In this document: positions 1-9,044 of the stretch, in pieces | Layout: every line of letters begins with the position of its first letter | How positions within the stretch are numbered: the first letter of the stretch is position 1 | Position numbers and translations under genes: made by a program | DNA from: an uncultured Verrucomicrobiae bacterium | GTDB taxonomy: Bacteria; Chlamydiota; Chlamydiia; Chlamydiales; Rhabdochlamydiaceae | Direction: 5' to 3' | DNA: 64,000 nucleotides | Assembly: GCA_963806855.1 (NCBI GenBank) | Contig: CAWDYW010000001.1 | Span: 448,001-512,000, forward strand | Notes under the pieces: model-generated | Databases searched by the model: none | What the model saw: the letters and a program-made list of their open reading frames with translations, nothing else | Told to the model about the DNA's origin: nothing

Positions 1-1
1 A

Positions 2-313
2 GGGTTAGCTAAGAAATTAAAGGAGATCTATTCTTTAGTCAAAAATCAGATCGTTCATCCTATTGCTCCAGCAGCGTGGGTCCATCAAGAATGCGGGGAT
101 ATTCATGCCTTTAGTGATATCAACGGAAGAGTGTGCCGTACACTCGCAAATGTTGTCTTTCAATGGGGCGGGGTCAAAGGGATCGTATTTCCCAAAGACG
201 CACTTTATACTGCAGCAATCAAGGCAGATCAAAAATCTGCGGGCTCTTTGGTAGGCTATTTTGTTGATGTGATCAATTGGAATGCCGAGCAGCAGAAAGC
301 GCTTAATTCATAA
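2..313 (+). CDS. Fic-domain protein, paralog 1 of a tandem array (5' end cut by the window edge)
   Basis: Open frame from base 2 reads GLAKKLKEIYSL...CGDIHAFSDINGRVCR...KALNS*; very similar to the C-terminus of 323..1579. Confidence 0.85.
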   Translation, partial: GLAKKLKEIYSLVKNQIVHPIAPAAWVHQECGDIHAFSDINGRVCRTLANVVFQWGGVKGIVFPKDALYTAAIKADQKSAGSLVGYFVDVINWNAEQQKALNS

Positions 314-322
314 GAGGATATT

Positions 323-1579
323 ATGACACAGCTTAGTTCAATAACTTTCGCTGCAGGGGCGATTGCTACCGCATACGGCGCCTATTCTTATTGCAGCGCT
401 AAAGGGAAGGGCAAGACACAACAAAGGGAAACGGCTAAGAGGGTCATCGCTGTTGGCTTAGGGTTATTGGCAGCCGGAGCAGCTATTCAATACTTTGGGA
501 AAGCGGATACTCCAGACTATCTTAAGCCCTATGTCGAATCATTGAAGGGGAGATCTCTTCCCAAAACTGGCGCGCCCATTACTGAATTTCCTCCCTACCT
601 ATCTAAATTTCCACATCCGGGATTCCTCGCCACGAAAGAGGGTGGAATCTGTGTTTTTGAGGATATTGATGAGCTGCCCCCATTGGACGAGTGCCAGGAA
701 AGCTTTACGACACTGATCGCAGATATCAAAAGGGATATGCCAGATGTCTATGCCGAAGGAACGCGCCATTCAATTCGTTGGGGTAAAGGATATGGGATTC
801 TGACGCATGACTCTGGTTATAATAGATTTAACTTTGGAATGGATAAAACGATCGTAGACAACTATGGAAAAGGGCTTAAAACGGCTGAGCATCTCTTTCT
901 TCAAGATCCTGATTTTGCAAACGCTTCAGAAAGTTCGATTGTTGATTCTGTTAAAGAGCTTCATCGAACCTTTGCCCAGAATGTGAAGCACGAAATGCCA
1001 TATGTCAAGATCAATCCTGGGATTTTCCGGACAGAAGAGGTCTTTATCGGTAATGGCAAGATGGAATTTAACCAAGAAGCAATGACACAAGCTTTGAAAG
1101 AGAACAATGGATCAGAAGCCGATTTTGCTAATTTGAAATCGTGGATTGCAAAAGTCCGGAAATATGGAATTGAAGCGGCAAAGCCTTATAATACTCCTGA
1201 AGAAATTGCAACAGTTAAGAAAATTGCCTATATGCCCATCGACTTTGAACAAATTCCTTCTGCGATGCTAAGGTTAGCTAAAAAATTAAAGGAGATCTAT
1301 TCTTTAGTCACAAATCAGATCGTTCATCCTATTGCTCCAGCAGCGTGGGTCCATCAAGAATGCGGGGAGATTCATCCCTTTAAGGATATCAATGGAAGGG
1401 TGTGCCGTACACTCGCAAATGATGTCTTGCAATGGGGCGGAATCAAGGGGATCGTATTTCCGAAAGATGCTCTTTATACTGCTGCGATCAAGGCAGATCA
1501 AAAATCTATTGGGTCTTTTGCAAAGTATTTGGTCGATGTGATCAATTGGAATACCGACCAGAAAGCATTTAATTCATAA
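323..1579 (+). CDS. Fic-domain protein with N-terminal hydrophobic hairpin, paralog 2
   Basis: Fic motif variant HPFKDINGRVCR; flap-like PGIFRTEEVFI; two hydrophobic segments in the first 60 aa; RBS GAGGA. Confidence 0.85.
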   Translation: MTQLSSITFAAGAIATAYGAYSYCSAKGKGKTQQRETAKRVIAVGLGLLAAGAAIQYFGKADTPDYLKPYVESLKGRSLPKTGAPITEFPPYLSKFPHPGFLATKEGGICVFEDIDELPPLDECQESFTTLIADIKRDMPDVYAEGTRHSIRWGKGYGILTHDSGYNRFNFGMDKTIVDNYGKGLKTAEHLFLQDPDFANASESSIVDSVKELHRTFAQNVKHEMPYVKINPGIFRTEEVFIGNGKMEFNQEAMTQALKENNGSEADFANLKSWIAKVRKYGIEAAKPYNTPEEIATVKKIAYMPIDFEQIPSAMLRLAKKLKEIYSLVTNQIVHPIAPAAWVHQECGEIHPFKDINGRVCRTLANDVLQWGGIKGIVFPKDALYTAAIKADQKSIGSFAKYLVDVINWNTDQKAFNS

Positions 1580-1588
1580 GGAGACATT

Positions 1589-2917
1589 ATGACACAGCTT
1601 AGTTCAATTACTTTCGCTGCCGGGGCGATTACTAGCGCATATGGCGCCTATTCTTATTGTACTGCCAAGGGAAAGCAAAAAAATAAGCAAAAAGAAAGTG
1701 CCAAGCGAGTGATGGCAGTTGGTTTGGGCCTTTTGGCAGTGGGAGCGGCTCTTCACTACTTTGGGAATACTCAAGTGAAGCTAGAGAAGTCAAAAAGCAC
1801 TCATATTGACACTGAAATTCTAGATCCTAATCAAGAAAACATTGCTCCAGACTATCTTAAGCCCTATGTCAATGCATTGAAGGGTAGAGCTGTTCCTAAA
1901 ACAGGGGCGCCCCTCACCAAATTTCCTTCCCATCTAGCCAAATTTCCCCATGCAGGACTCCTCGCCACGAAAGATGGCGGGATCTGTGTGATCGATGACA
2001 TCGATCAATTGCCACCATTGGAAGAGTGTGAGCAAAGGTTATCCCCATTTGTCAAAAAAATCCAATGGAGCAACCCAGAGAGGTATGCCGCAGCAACGGC
2101 GCACACAAATCGGTGGGGTAAGGGATATGAATTTATGATCCAACGTTCCGGTTATAACAGATTTACCTTTGGAATGGATAAAACTATAGTAACCAATTAC
2201 CAAGAGGGCCTTAAAACAGTCGAGCGTGAATTCCTTCAAGATCCTGATTTTGCAAACGCTTCAGAAAGTTCCATCGTCGATTCAATCAAAGAGATTCATA
2301 AAACATTTGCCAAGAACGTGAAGCACAAAGATCCTGGAAGCTCTATCAATCCCGGAGTCTTCCGAGAAATAGGGATGTTGATCAGTGATGAAAAGACCGA
2401 AAGGAGCTTAGAAGGATTTAAGAAAGTCTTGAAAGAAAGAAATGGATCAGAAATGGACTTTGCTAACTTGAACTCGTGGTTTGTAAAAAACAAAAAATAT
2501 GGATCCATTGAAGCGGCAAGCCCCCATCACACTCCTGAAGAAATTGCAACTCTGAAGAAAATTGTCCACGTAGCAATAGATTTTGATAAAGTTCCTTCAG
2601 CGATGCTCGGGTTCGCTAAAAGATTGAAGGAGATTTATTCTTTGGTCACAAATAAGATTGTTCATCCGATTGCTCCAGCTGCATGGGCCCATCAAGAGTG
2701 CGGTGATATTCATGCCTTCCTTGATATCAATGGAAGGGTATGTCGGTCAGTCGCAAATAGTATTTTGGAATGGGGCGGGATCAAAGGGGTCGTATTCCCC
2801 CAGGAACAGTCTTATACTGCTGCGGTCCAGGCGGATCAAAAATCTCCGGGCTCTTTGGCAGGCTATTTTGTTGATGTGATCAATTGGAATGCCATGCAGA
2901 ACGCATTTAATTCATAA
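1589..2917 (+). CDS. Fic-domain protein with N-terminal hydrophobic hairpin, paralog 3
   Basis: Motif HAFLDINGRVCR; same MTQLSSITFAAGAI start and AFNS end as its neighbours. Confidence 0.85.
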   Translation: MTQLSSITFAAGAITSAYGAYSYCTAKGKQKNKQKESAKRVMAVGLGLLAVGAALHYFGNTQVKLEKSKSTHIDTEILDPNQENIAPDYLKPYVNALKGRAVPKTGAPLTKFPSHLAKFPHAGLLATKDGGICVIDDIDQLPPLEECEQRLSPFVKKIQWSNPERYAAATAHTNRWGKGYEFMIQRSGYNRFTFGMDKTIVTNYQEGLKTVEREFLQDPDFANASESSIVDSIKEIHKTFAKNVKHKDPGSSINPGVFREIGMLISDEKTERSLEGFKKVLKERNGSEMDFANLNSWFVKNKKYGSIEAASPHHTPEEIATLKKIVHVAIDFDKVPSAMLGFAKRLKEIYSLVTNKIVHPIAPAAWAHQECGDIHAFLDINGRVCRSVANSILEWGGIKGVVFPQEQSYTAAVQADQKSPGSLAGYFVDVINWNAMQNAFNS

Positions 2918-2926
2918 GGGGATATC

Positions 2927-4243
2927 GTGACACAGCTTAGTTCAATTACTTTTGCCGCCGGGGCGATTACCACCGCTTACGGGGCTTATTCCTATGCGAC
3001 TGTGAAAGGCAAAAAGAGGCATGTAGAAGAGCAAAGAGCAAAGGCCATGAAAGTCATGGCGGTTGGAGTAGGACTTTTGAGTGTAGGAGCCGCTCTGTAT
3101 TTCTATGGGAGAGGCCCAGTTCCTCAATTAGAGGAGCAAATCCTAGATGCTGAGCACGAAAAGAATGCTCCTGAGTATCTCAAGCCTTATGTCAACAGAT
3201 TGCTGGGCAAGGCTGTACCGAAAGCTGGCAATGCGATCACTAAGTTTCCTCCTCATCTCTATAAATTTCCTCATTCAGGGTATTTGACGACGAAAGAGGG
3301 ATGGAATTGTAAGCTTCCCTTTAATGTCCCCCCATTAGAAGAATGTCACGACGCCTGGGCTCCCCGTGTAGAAGAACTGAAAATTGAGCAGCCGAGCGCA
3401 TATGCATTGGCTACTATGGATCATGAGAGCCGTTGGGCTAAGGGCCGTCTCCTCGTCACTGCGGTCCAGTCGAAATTTAAGGAATTTGGTTTAGGAATGG
3501 ATAAAACCATCCCGACCAGTTACGCCAGAGGGTTAAAGTTAGCTGAGGGTCTTTTTCTTCAAGACCCTCATTTTGAAAGTCAATCAGAGCGTTCGATAGT
3601 CGACTCGATCAAAGAGGTTCATCGGGTTATGGTCGAGAATGTAAAACACAAAAATCCTTCTCTTGAAATGGGGGGAGGAATCTTCCGAAGTGAAAATGCG
3701 GTGATTGCCGATGATAGGATGCATAATTGGAGCGAAGAAGGGTTTAAAAAATATCTAAAAGCTCATGGTGGATTAGAGTCTGAATATAAACATGTCGATT
3801 CTTGGTTTGAAAAAGTGGATAGATATGATGGCGCAGTTCCTCCATATGACGAGATGAGCGCAGAAGAAATGGCGACAATAAAGAAAATTGTCCATTTGCC
3901 GATGGAACATACTCAGATTCCTGCTGGGATGCTCGATTTCGCAAAGAAATTAAAAGAGATTTATTCACTGGTAAAAAGGAAGCTCCTTCATCCTATCCCC
4001 GCCGCGGCGTGGACCCATCAGCAATGCGGGGAAATTCACCCCTTTAATGATGGAAATGGACGGATATGCCGTGCTTTGCAAAATGTGGTCTTGCAATGGG
4101 GAGGTATCAAAGGGGTCGTGATATCAGATGATCCTATTTATACTCACTTTATTAAGGAAGATAACAAGCTCGCAGGAATTTTCTCAGAGTATTTAGACAA
4201 GACGATCAGATGGAATGCCATGCAGAAAGCATTTAATTCATAA
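2927..4243 (+). CDS. Fic-domain protein with N-terminal hydrophobic hairpin, paralog 4 (canonical motif)
   Basis: Canonical HPFNDGNGRICR; GTG start 9 bp after the previous stop. Confidence 0.9.
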   Translation: MTQLSSITFAAGAITTAYGAYSYATVKGKKRHVEEQRAKAMKVMAVGVGLLSVGAALYFYGRGPVPQLEEQILDAEHEKNAPEYLKPYVNRLLGKAVPKAGNAITKFPPHLYKFPHSGYLTTKEGWNCKLPFNVPPLEECHDAWAPRVEELKIEQPSAYALATMDHESRWAKGRLLVTAVQSKFKEFGLGMDKTIPTSYARGLKLAEGLFLQDPHFESQSERSIVDSIKEVHRVMVENVKHKNPSLEMGGGIFRSENAVIADDRMHNWSEEGFKKYLKAHGGLESEYKHVDSWFEKVDRYDGAVPPYDEMSAEEMATIKKIVHLPMEHTQIPAGMLDFAKKLKEIYSLVKRKLLHPIPAAAWTHQQCGEIHPFNDGNGRICRALQNVVLQWGGIKGVVISDDPIYTHFIKEDNKLAGIFSEYLDKTIRWNAMQKAFNS

Positions 4244-4285
4244 GCGCATATCGGGTATCATATAGTCTATACAGGAGAAATTGGG

Positions 4286-4969
4286 ATGCCAACTAAACTT
4301 ATTCTTTTACGCCATGGCCAATCGGAATGGAACAAGCACAACCTTTTCACTGGGTGGGTCGACATCCCGCTGAGCTGGGAAGGAGTGCAAGAGGCGATTG
4401 CGGCGGGTAAGAAAATCGCCGATATCCCGATCGATGTGATCTTCATTTCCACTTTGACCCGGGCCCAGATGACCGCCATGATCGCGATGAGTGTGCATAA
4501 AGGGGGCAAGGTCCCGGTGATCCTCCATCCAGGTGAAGGGAAGCTGGAAGAGTGGGCCAAGATCCACAATCCGAAGGCAGAAAAGCTGACGATTCCTGTG
4601 ATCCGGGCTTGGGAACTCAATGAGCGGTATTATGGCGATCTGCAAGGTTTGAATAAGCGGGAGACGATGGATAAGTACGGCGAAGATCAGGTCCATATTT
4701 GGCGCAGAAGCTATGACGTGCCCCCTCCTCATGGAGAATGTTTGGCCGATACTGCCGCGCGGGCGATTCCTTACTTCGAAAAAAATGTCCTCCCAATACT
4801 TAAAGAGGGAAAAAATGTCTTCATCGCTGCCCATGGCAATTCGCTCCGGGCGATCATCATGAAGCTCGATAACATGACCAAAGAAGAGATCCTCAATTTC
4901 GAGCTGGCGACAGGTCTGCCGGTTATTTATGAGTATCAAAATGGGAGATTAACGCGGGTCGATGGCTGA
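4286..4969 (+). CDS. gpmA: 2,3-bisphosphoglycerate-dependent phosphoglycerate mutase
   Basis: LILLRHGQSEWN, LNERYYGDLQG and AHGNSLR motifs. Confidence 0.95.
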   Translation: MPTKLILLRHGQSEWNKHNLFTGWVDIPLSWEGVQEAIAAGKKIADIPIDVIFISTLTRAQMTAMIAMSVHKGGKVPVILHPGEGKLEEWAKIHNPKAEKLTIPVIRAWELNERYYGDLQGLNKRETMDKYGEDQVHIWRRSYDVPPPHGECLADTAARAIPYFEKNVLPILKEGKNVFIAAHGNSLRAIIMKLDNMTKEEILNFELATGLPVIYEYQNGRLTRVDG

Positions 4970-6581
4970 TTGGATTTTTCTTGATAACCACACTCGAACA
5001 CGCCCCAATCAAAAGCTGATCGACGACATGGCGCGGGGGATGCGCGACTATTGGCAGTTTGCTCCGCACCAAAAGGCGAAGGAGAAGATCGGCGCTGCTC
5101 TTGGATGTCCGCACAAGCATTTCTATTTAACCTCTGGGACCGCTGAGAATCAATTTCACGTACTATTTTCCCACTATATCGACTCCATGCGCGAAACAGG
5201 GCGTACGCACATTCTCGCTCTTGAGGAAATTAAGTGGCTCGAAAAATTTGAAGTGCAGGGGAAAGTGCTTCCTGTGAATGATCAGGGGCAGTTGACCGCA
5301 GCGCTGCTCCAGAAAGAAATCCGGGCCCGCAGTAGCATCTTGACCCTCTCTTGGGCCCATCCGGTCACGGGTGTGATCCAGCCGATCCACGATCTGATCG
5401 CTCTATGCAAACAAAATGACATTAAGGTCCATCTCGACATCAGCACGGCGATGGGAAAACTCTATTTGCTCGATCTCGATGCCGATTACATCACATTCGA
5501 TGGGCTGCTGTTTCATGCTCCAGGTCAATTGGGAGGGATCTTATCGAAGGAAAAGCTCTCGACTGCGGCCCAAAATGCGGCATTCGCTTCGGTGATGACG
5601 CTCGCCTCGGCACTTGAACTCGCCCAAGACAAAATCGACCACTATGCGCTGGAAGTGGCGCGGCTGAGAGATCTCTTAGAGCGAAGAATGGAAGAGCTGG
5701 GCGCCAAAATTTTCTTCCGTGAAGTGGAGCGGCTGCCGAATGTTGCTGTGGTGGCCTTTAAGGGGATCCATGGAGAAATGCTGCTGGCACAACTCAAAAA
5801 GCAAGGGGTGTTTGCAAGGACATGGCCCGATGACCCCTGTGCCATTAGTTTTGCCCTCTCTGATGAGACGACGCAGGAGGAAATAGAGTGCTTAAGTGCT
5901 ATCATGGCCACGCTGATCAACAAAAAGCCATTTGTCCCCTTTTCAGAAGAGGATGCGAAGCAAAAAAATATGCGAGTCGTCACCGGCTCCTTCGAGAAAA
6001 CGGTCACCCTATCGCTTCTTGTCGATGAAGAGGATGGGGTGGTTGCAGACTGCAGATTTGATCTCTTTGGCCCTCCTGCGCTGCACGATGCTGCCTCCGC
6101 CTTGACACAGCTGCTGCTTCGCAAAAATTATCTGCAAGCCAAGAGGATTTCGGCAGATTTGATCGAGGCGAAGATGTCCTCTAGCGACTGCACCTATCTC
6201 AATATGCTCATCGATCTGATCGATACGCTGACCGATCGATGCATGGATATCCCGATTGAAGACTTGTACACTGCGCCGCCTGATATGGATGAGGGAGAGC
6301 GCTACGTCTACCCTAACTGGGAAACTTTGAGCGCCGCCCAGAAAAAAGGGGTGATTGCCGAAGTGATCGAGCGGGATGTCCGTCCCTACGTGGAGCTCGA
6401 CGCAGGGGGTGTTGAAGTGGTCAAAGTGGAGGAAAATCGGGTCACAATTGTCTATAGCGGCAACTGCACTTCTTGCTATTCTGCCACGGGGGCAACACTC
6501 GAGGCGATCGGCAATATTTTGAGGCGCAAAGTCTATCCCGACTTGATGGTCATCCCAGATCTTTCAAAAATTGAAAAATAA
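4962..6581 (+). CDS. Degenerate NifS/IscS-like class V aminotransferase fused to an IscU/NifU-like scaffold
   Basis: N-terminal IFLDNHTRT, LTSGTAEN, TGVIQPI, VHLD, RLPN; C-terminal VRPYVELDAGGVE...YSGNCTSC (NifU-C CxxC). Confidence 0.8.
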   Translation: MADWIFLDNHTRTRPNQKLIDDMARGMRDYWQFAPHQKAKEKIGAALGCPHKHFYLTSGTAENQFHVLFSHYIDSMRETGRTHILALEEIKWLEKFEVQGKVLPVNDQGQLTAALLQKEIRARSSILTLSWAHPVTGVIQPIHDLIALCKQNDIKVHLDISTAMGKLYLLDLDADYITFDGLLFHAPGQLGGILSKEKLSTAAQNAAFASVMTLASALELAQDKIDHYALEVARLRDLLERRMEELGAKIFFREVERLPNVAVVAFKGIHGEMLLAQLKKQGVFARTWPDDPCAISFALSDETTQEEIECLSAIMATLINKKPFVPFSEEDAKQKNMRVVTGSFEKTVTLSLLVDEEDGVVADCRFDLFGPPALHDAASALTQLLLRKNYLQAKRISADLIEAKMSSSDCTYLNMLIDLIDTLTDRCMDIPIEDLYTAPPDMDEGERYVYPNWETLSAAQKKGVIAEVIERDVRPYVELDAGGVEVVKVEENRVTIVYSGNCTSCYSATGATLEAIGNILRRKVYPDLMVIPDLSKIEK

Positions 6582-7074
6582 TTTTGTTCGCCAGGTCACT
6601 TAAATCCCATGCATGACCCGTCAGTTCAATCAGCGAAGTGACTGGCTGATCGGTTTCGACTGGCACATTGACATTGAGACCTATCCCGACCACAATGCCC
6701 ATGGAATGATCGAGGAAGATGCTCTCAGCTAAAATGCCGCACAATTTTTTCCCATTCACTAAGAGGTCATTGGGCCATTTCATCACCGCATCGATGTTCT
6801 CTGATCTTAGAACTTCCAAGGTGGAATGAGCAGCAAGTTGTGCAATCTTGGGTATGATTGGATCGTTTTGGGGTAGATGAAAAAAGAGGCTCATCGTCAA
6901 GTTCCCCTTTTTGGAGACCCAATGTTTGGAATAGCAGCCGCGGCCGGCCGTTTGGATGTCGGCGATCAGGCAGGTCAATTTGCTCGGGTCAAGAGTGCGG
7001 GCATGGGTCTTCATCCACGTGTTTGTTGAGTCGACAGTCTCAAAATGAATGGTATAGACTTCCATAGCGCCCAT
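6550..7074 (-). CDS. birA: Biotin-protein ligase (catalytic domain only)
   Basis: VDSTN, QTAGRG, KWPND, KLCGIL and GIGLNV motifs; no N-terminal HTH. Confidence 0.92.
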   Translation of the reverse strand: MGAMEVYTIHFETVDSTNTWMKTHARTLDPSKLTCLIADIQTAGRGCYSKHWVSKKGNLTMSLFFHLPQNDPIIPKIAQLAAHSTLEVLRSENIDAVMKWPNDLLVNGKKLCGILAESIFLDHSMGIVVGIGLNVNVPVETDQPVTSLIELTGHAWDLSDLANKIIFQFLKDLG

Positions 7075-7090
7075 TATTATACTTCACATT

Positions 7091-8209
7091 ATGTGGAATA
7101 TCAAATCTTTAAAATGGATCGATTATCGGCTCGTGGTGCTCCTAACGGCGCTCATGACGATCAGTCTGCTTGTCATCTCTTCGACCACTTCTGAGGACTT
7201 AGAGGCTGCCTTTTTTACTCCCTATGTGGTCAAACAGCTTCAATTTTTTGGGATCGGGTGGGCTCTGTTTCTCTTCTTTAGTGGAATGGATTACCAGAAA
7301 CTGCGGGAATGGACCTGGATCCTCTATACCCTAATGTTCCTGATGCTCATCGGCCTTTTTTTCGTCCCCTCGATCCAAAACGTCCATCGGTGGTACCGGA
7401 TAGGGGTTTTCACCTTTCAGCCCTCCGAATATGCCAAGCTCATCGTCGTCTTGGCGGTCAGCTGGTTCTTAGATCGGAAAGGGGATCGGGCGAGCAATTG
7501 GTCTTCGGCATTTCAGGCGATGGCGATCATTTTCGTCCCCTTTGTCCTCATTTTAAAGCAGCCTGACCTCGGCACGGCGCTCGTCCTCTTTCCCATCGCC
7601 CTCATCCTCTTTTATTTTGGCGGCATCCGCAAAAGCGTCATCCTCTTCCTCTCCACATTTGCCTTCATAGCTTCAGTTTTTGTAAGTCTTTTTTTTCTGG
7701 GGGTTCTCGATCACGATTCCTTGCGCCCCTATGCGACCAAAGTCCTTAAGGATTATCAGTATGAGCGGCTCAATCCCGAGACCTACCACCAAAAAGCTGC
7801 CCAGACCGCGATTGCCCTAGGCGGGATGAGTGGAACGGGCTGGCAAAAGAGCGAATTCACTAAGCGTCAATGGCTTCCGGCGGCCCACACCGACTCGATC
7901 TTCCCTGCCTTCGCTGAGGAGTTTGGGACCCTGGGGGCAATTTTCTTGCTCGGCATTTTTTTCGGTTTGATCTATGTTAGCTTTCAGGTGACGGTAATGG
8001 CAAAAGATCGTTTCGGGCGGCTGCTAGCTGCTGGGATTTCTATCTATATCGCAATTCATATTGTGGTAAACTTAGGGATGATGACCGGTTTTTTGCCCAT
8101 CACGGGGGTGCCCCTGGTGATGGTCTCCTATGGGGGATCGTCGATATTGTCGACAATGACCGCCCTGGGGATTTTGCAAAGTATTTATAGCAGAAGGTTT
8201 ACATTTTGA
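7091..8209 (+). CDS. rodA: SEDS-family rod shape-determining protein RodA
   Basis: FQPSEYAK, LKQPDLGTA, AHTDSIF, AEEFG and LPITGVPLVMVSYGGSS motifs. Confidence 0.93.
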   Translation: MWNIKSLKWIDYRLVVLLTALMTISLLVISSTTSEDLEAAFFTPYVVKQLQFFGIGWALFLFFSGMDYQKLREWTWILYTLMFLMLIGLFFVPSIQNVHRWYRIGVFTFQPSEYAKLIVVLAVSWFLDRKGDRASNWSSAFQAMAIIFVPFVLILKQPDLGTALVLFPIALILFYFGGIRKSVILFLSTFAFIASVFVSLFFLGVLDHDSLRPYATKVLKDYQYERLNPETYHQKAAQTAIALGGMSGTGWQKSEFTKRQWLPAAHTDSIFPAFAEEFGTLGAIFLLGIFFGLIYVSFQVTVMAKDRFGRLLAAGISIYIAIHIVVNLGMMTGFLPITGVPLVMVSYGGSSILSTMTALGILQSIYSRRFTF

Positions 8210-8649
8210 AAGATCATACATTTTTATTTGAATCCAAAAAATGGCTTGGCGAAGGGACGATCAAACTCTCGATGTCCGACGAGGAGCTCCGCTTTTATAC
8301 CCGATGGAATTTGGGTGCGATCGATCCAGCCGGAAAGATCCCAGCCTTCCAAGAGGTGCAGATCACCGGAGTCGAAGAGGCGATGCAAAATCAATTCCTG
8401 ATCACCGATCTCACCCCAACCCATTTTAACATCGAACTCGAGAATGCCGCTCTAGGAAAAATCACCGGCAAAGGGATCATCAAAGACAAACTGATCGCCT
8501 GGGAGTTTCGCAACAAAGAGATCGGCTTCGAAGGGTTTGAGTTCTACGAAAGACAAGAGGATGGCTCCTATCTCATGCGTGCCGAATATGCGACCCCAGA
8601 TCACTTCCGGACGATGATCCGCGCCAAAATCTGGGAACGTAAAGAATGA
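8206..8649 (+). CDS. Conserved hypothetical protein
   Basis: 147-aa ORF overlapping both neighbours by 4 bp, with core-like composition. Confidence 0.7.
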   Translation: MKDHTFLFESKKWLGEGTIKLSMSDEELRFYTRWNLGAIDPAGKIPAFQEVQITGVEEAMQNQFLITDLTPTHFNIELENAALGKITGKGIIKDKLIAWEFRNKEIGFEGFEFYERQEDGSYLMRAEYATPDHFRTMIRAKIWERKE

Positions 8650-8972
8650 AGAAGCTACTAGTCTGCCTGTTATTGTGTACATCCCTCTCGGCGATGACGC
8701 GGCTCGACTTCAATGAAATCATGCTCGGCACGTCCATCGGCGAAGTGCTCAACTGCTACGGCGATCCTTACGCCGTCTCCGAGCCACCCTGCGGCGGCGT
8801 CCAGTTCGAATACATCGAGCGGATCACCATGAATAGCGTCCTCGTCTACGAAAACCACTTCTATCTTCTCATTATGGATGACATCGTCGTCTCCAAATAC
8901 TTCTCCGAAGAAGACCGTCCGGCCTTCGACGAAATGTACCAGCAAGACCCCAATTATCCTAATTTTCCCTGA
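8646..8972 (+). CDS. Small exported protein, possibly SmpA/BamE-like
   Basis: Signal peptide MKKLLVCLLLCTSLSA, then IMLGTSIGEVLNCYGDP, which resembles the GMTxxEVxxxLGxP pattern. Confidence 0.55.
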   Translation: MKKLLVCLLLCTSLSAMTRLDFNEIMLGTSIGEVLNCYGDPYAVSEPPCGGVQFEYIERITMNSVLVYENHFYLLIMDDIVVSKYFSEEDRPAFDEMYQQDPNYPNFP

Positions 8973-9044
8973 CCTTTAATAGGTTTTGAAATCAAATATC
9001 TAATCCGATATAATTATTTCGATTATTAAATAAAGAGGCAAGAA

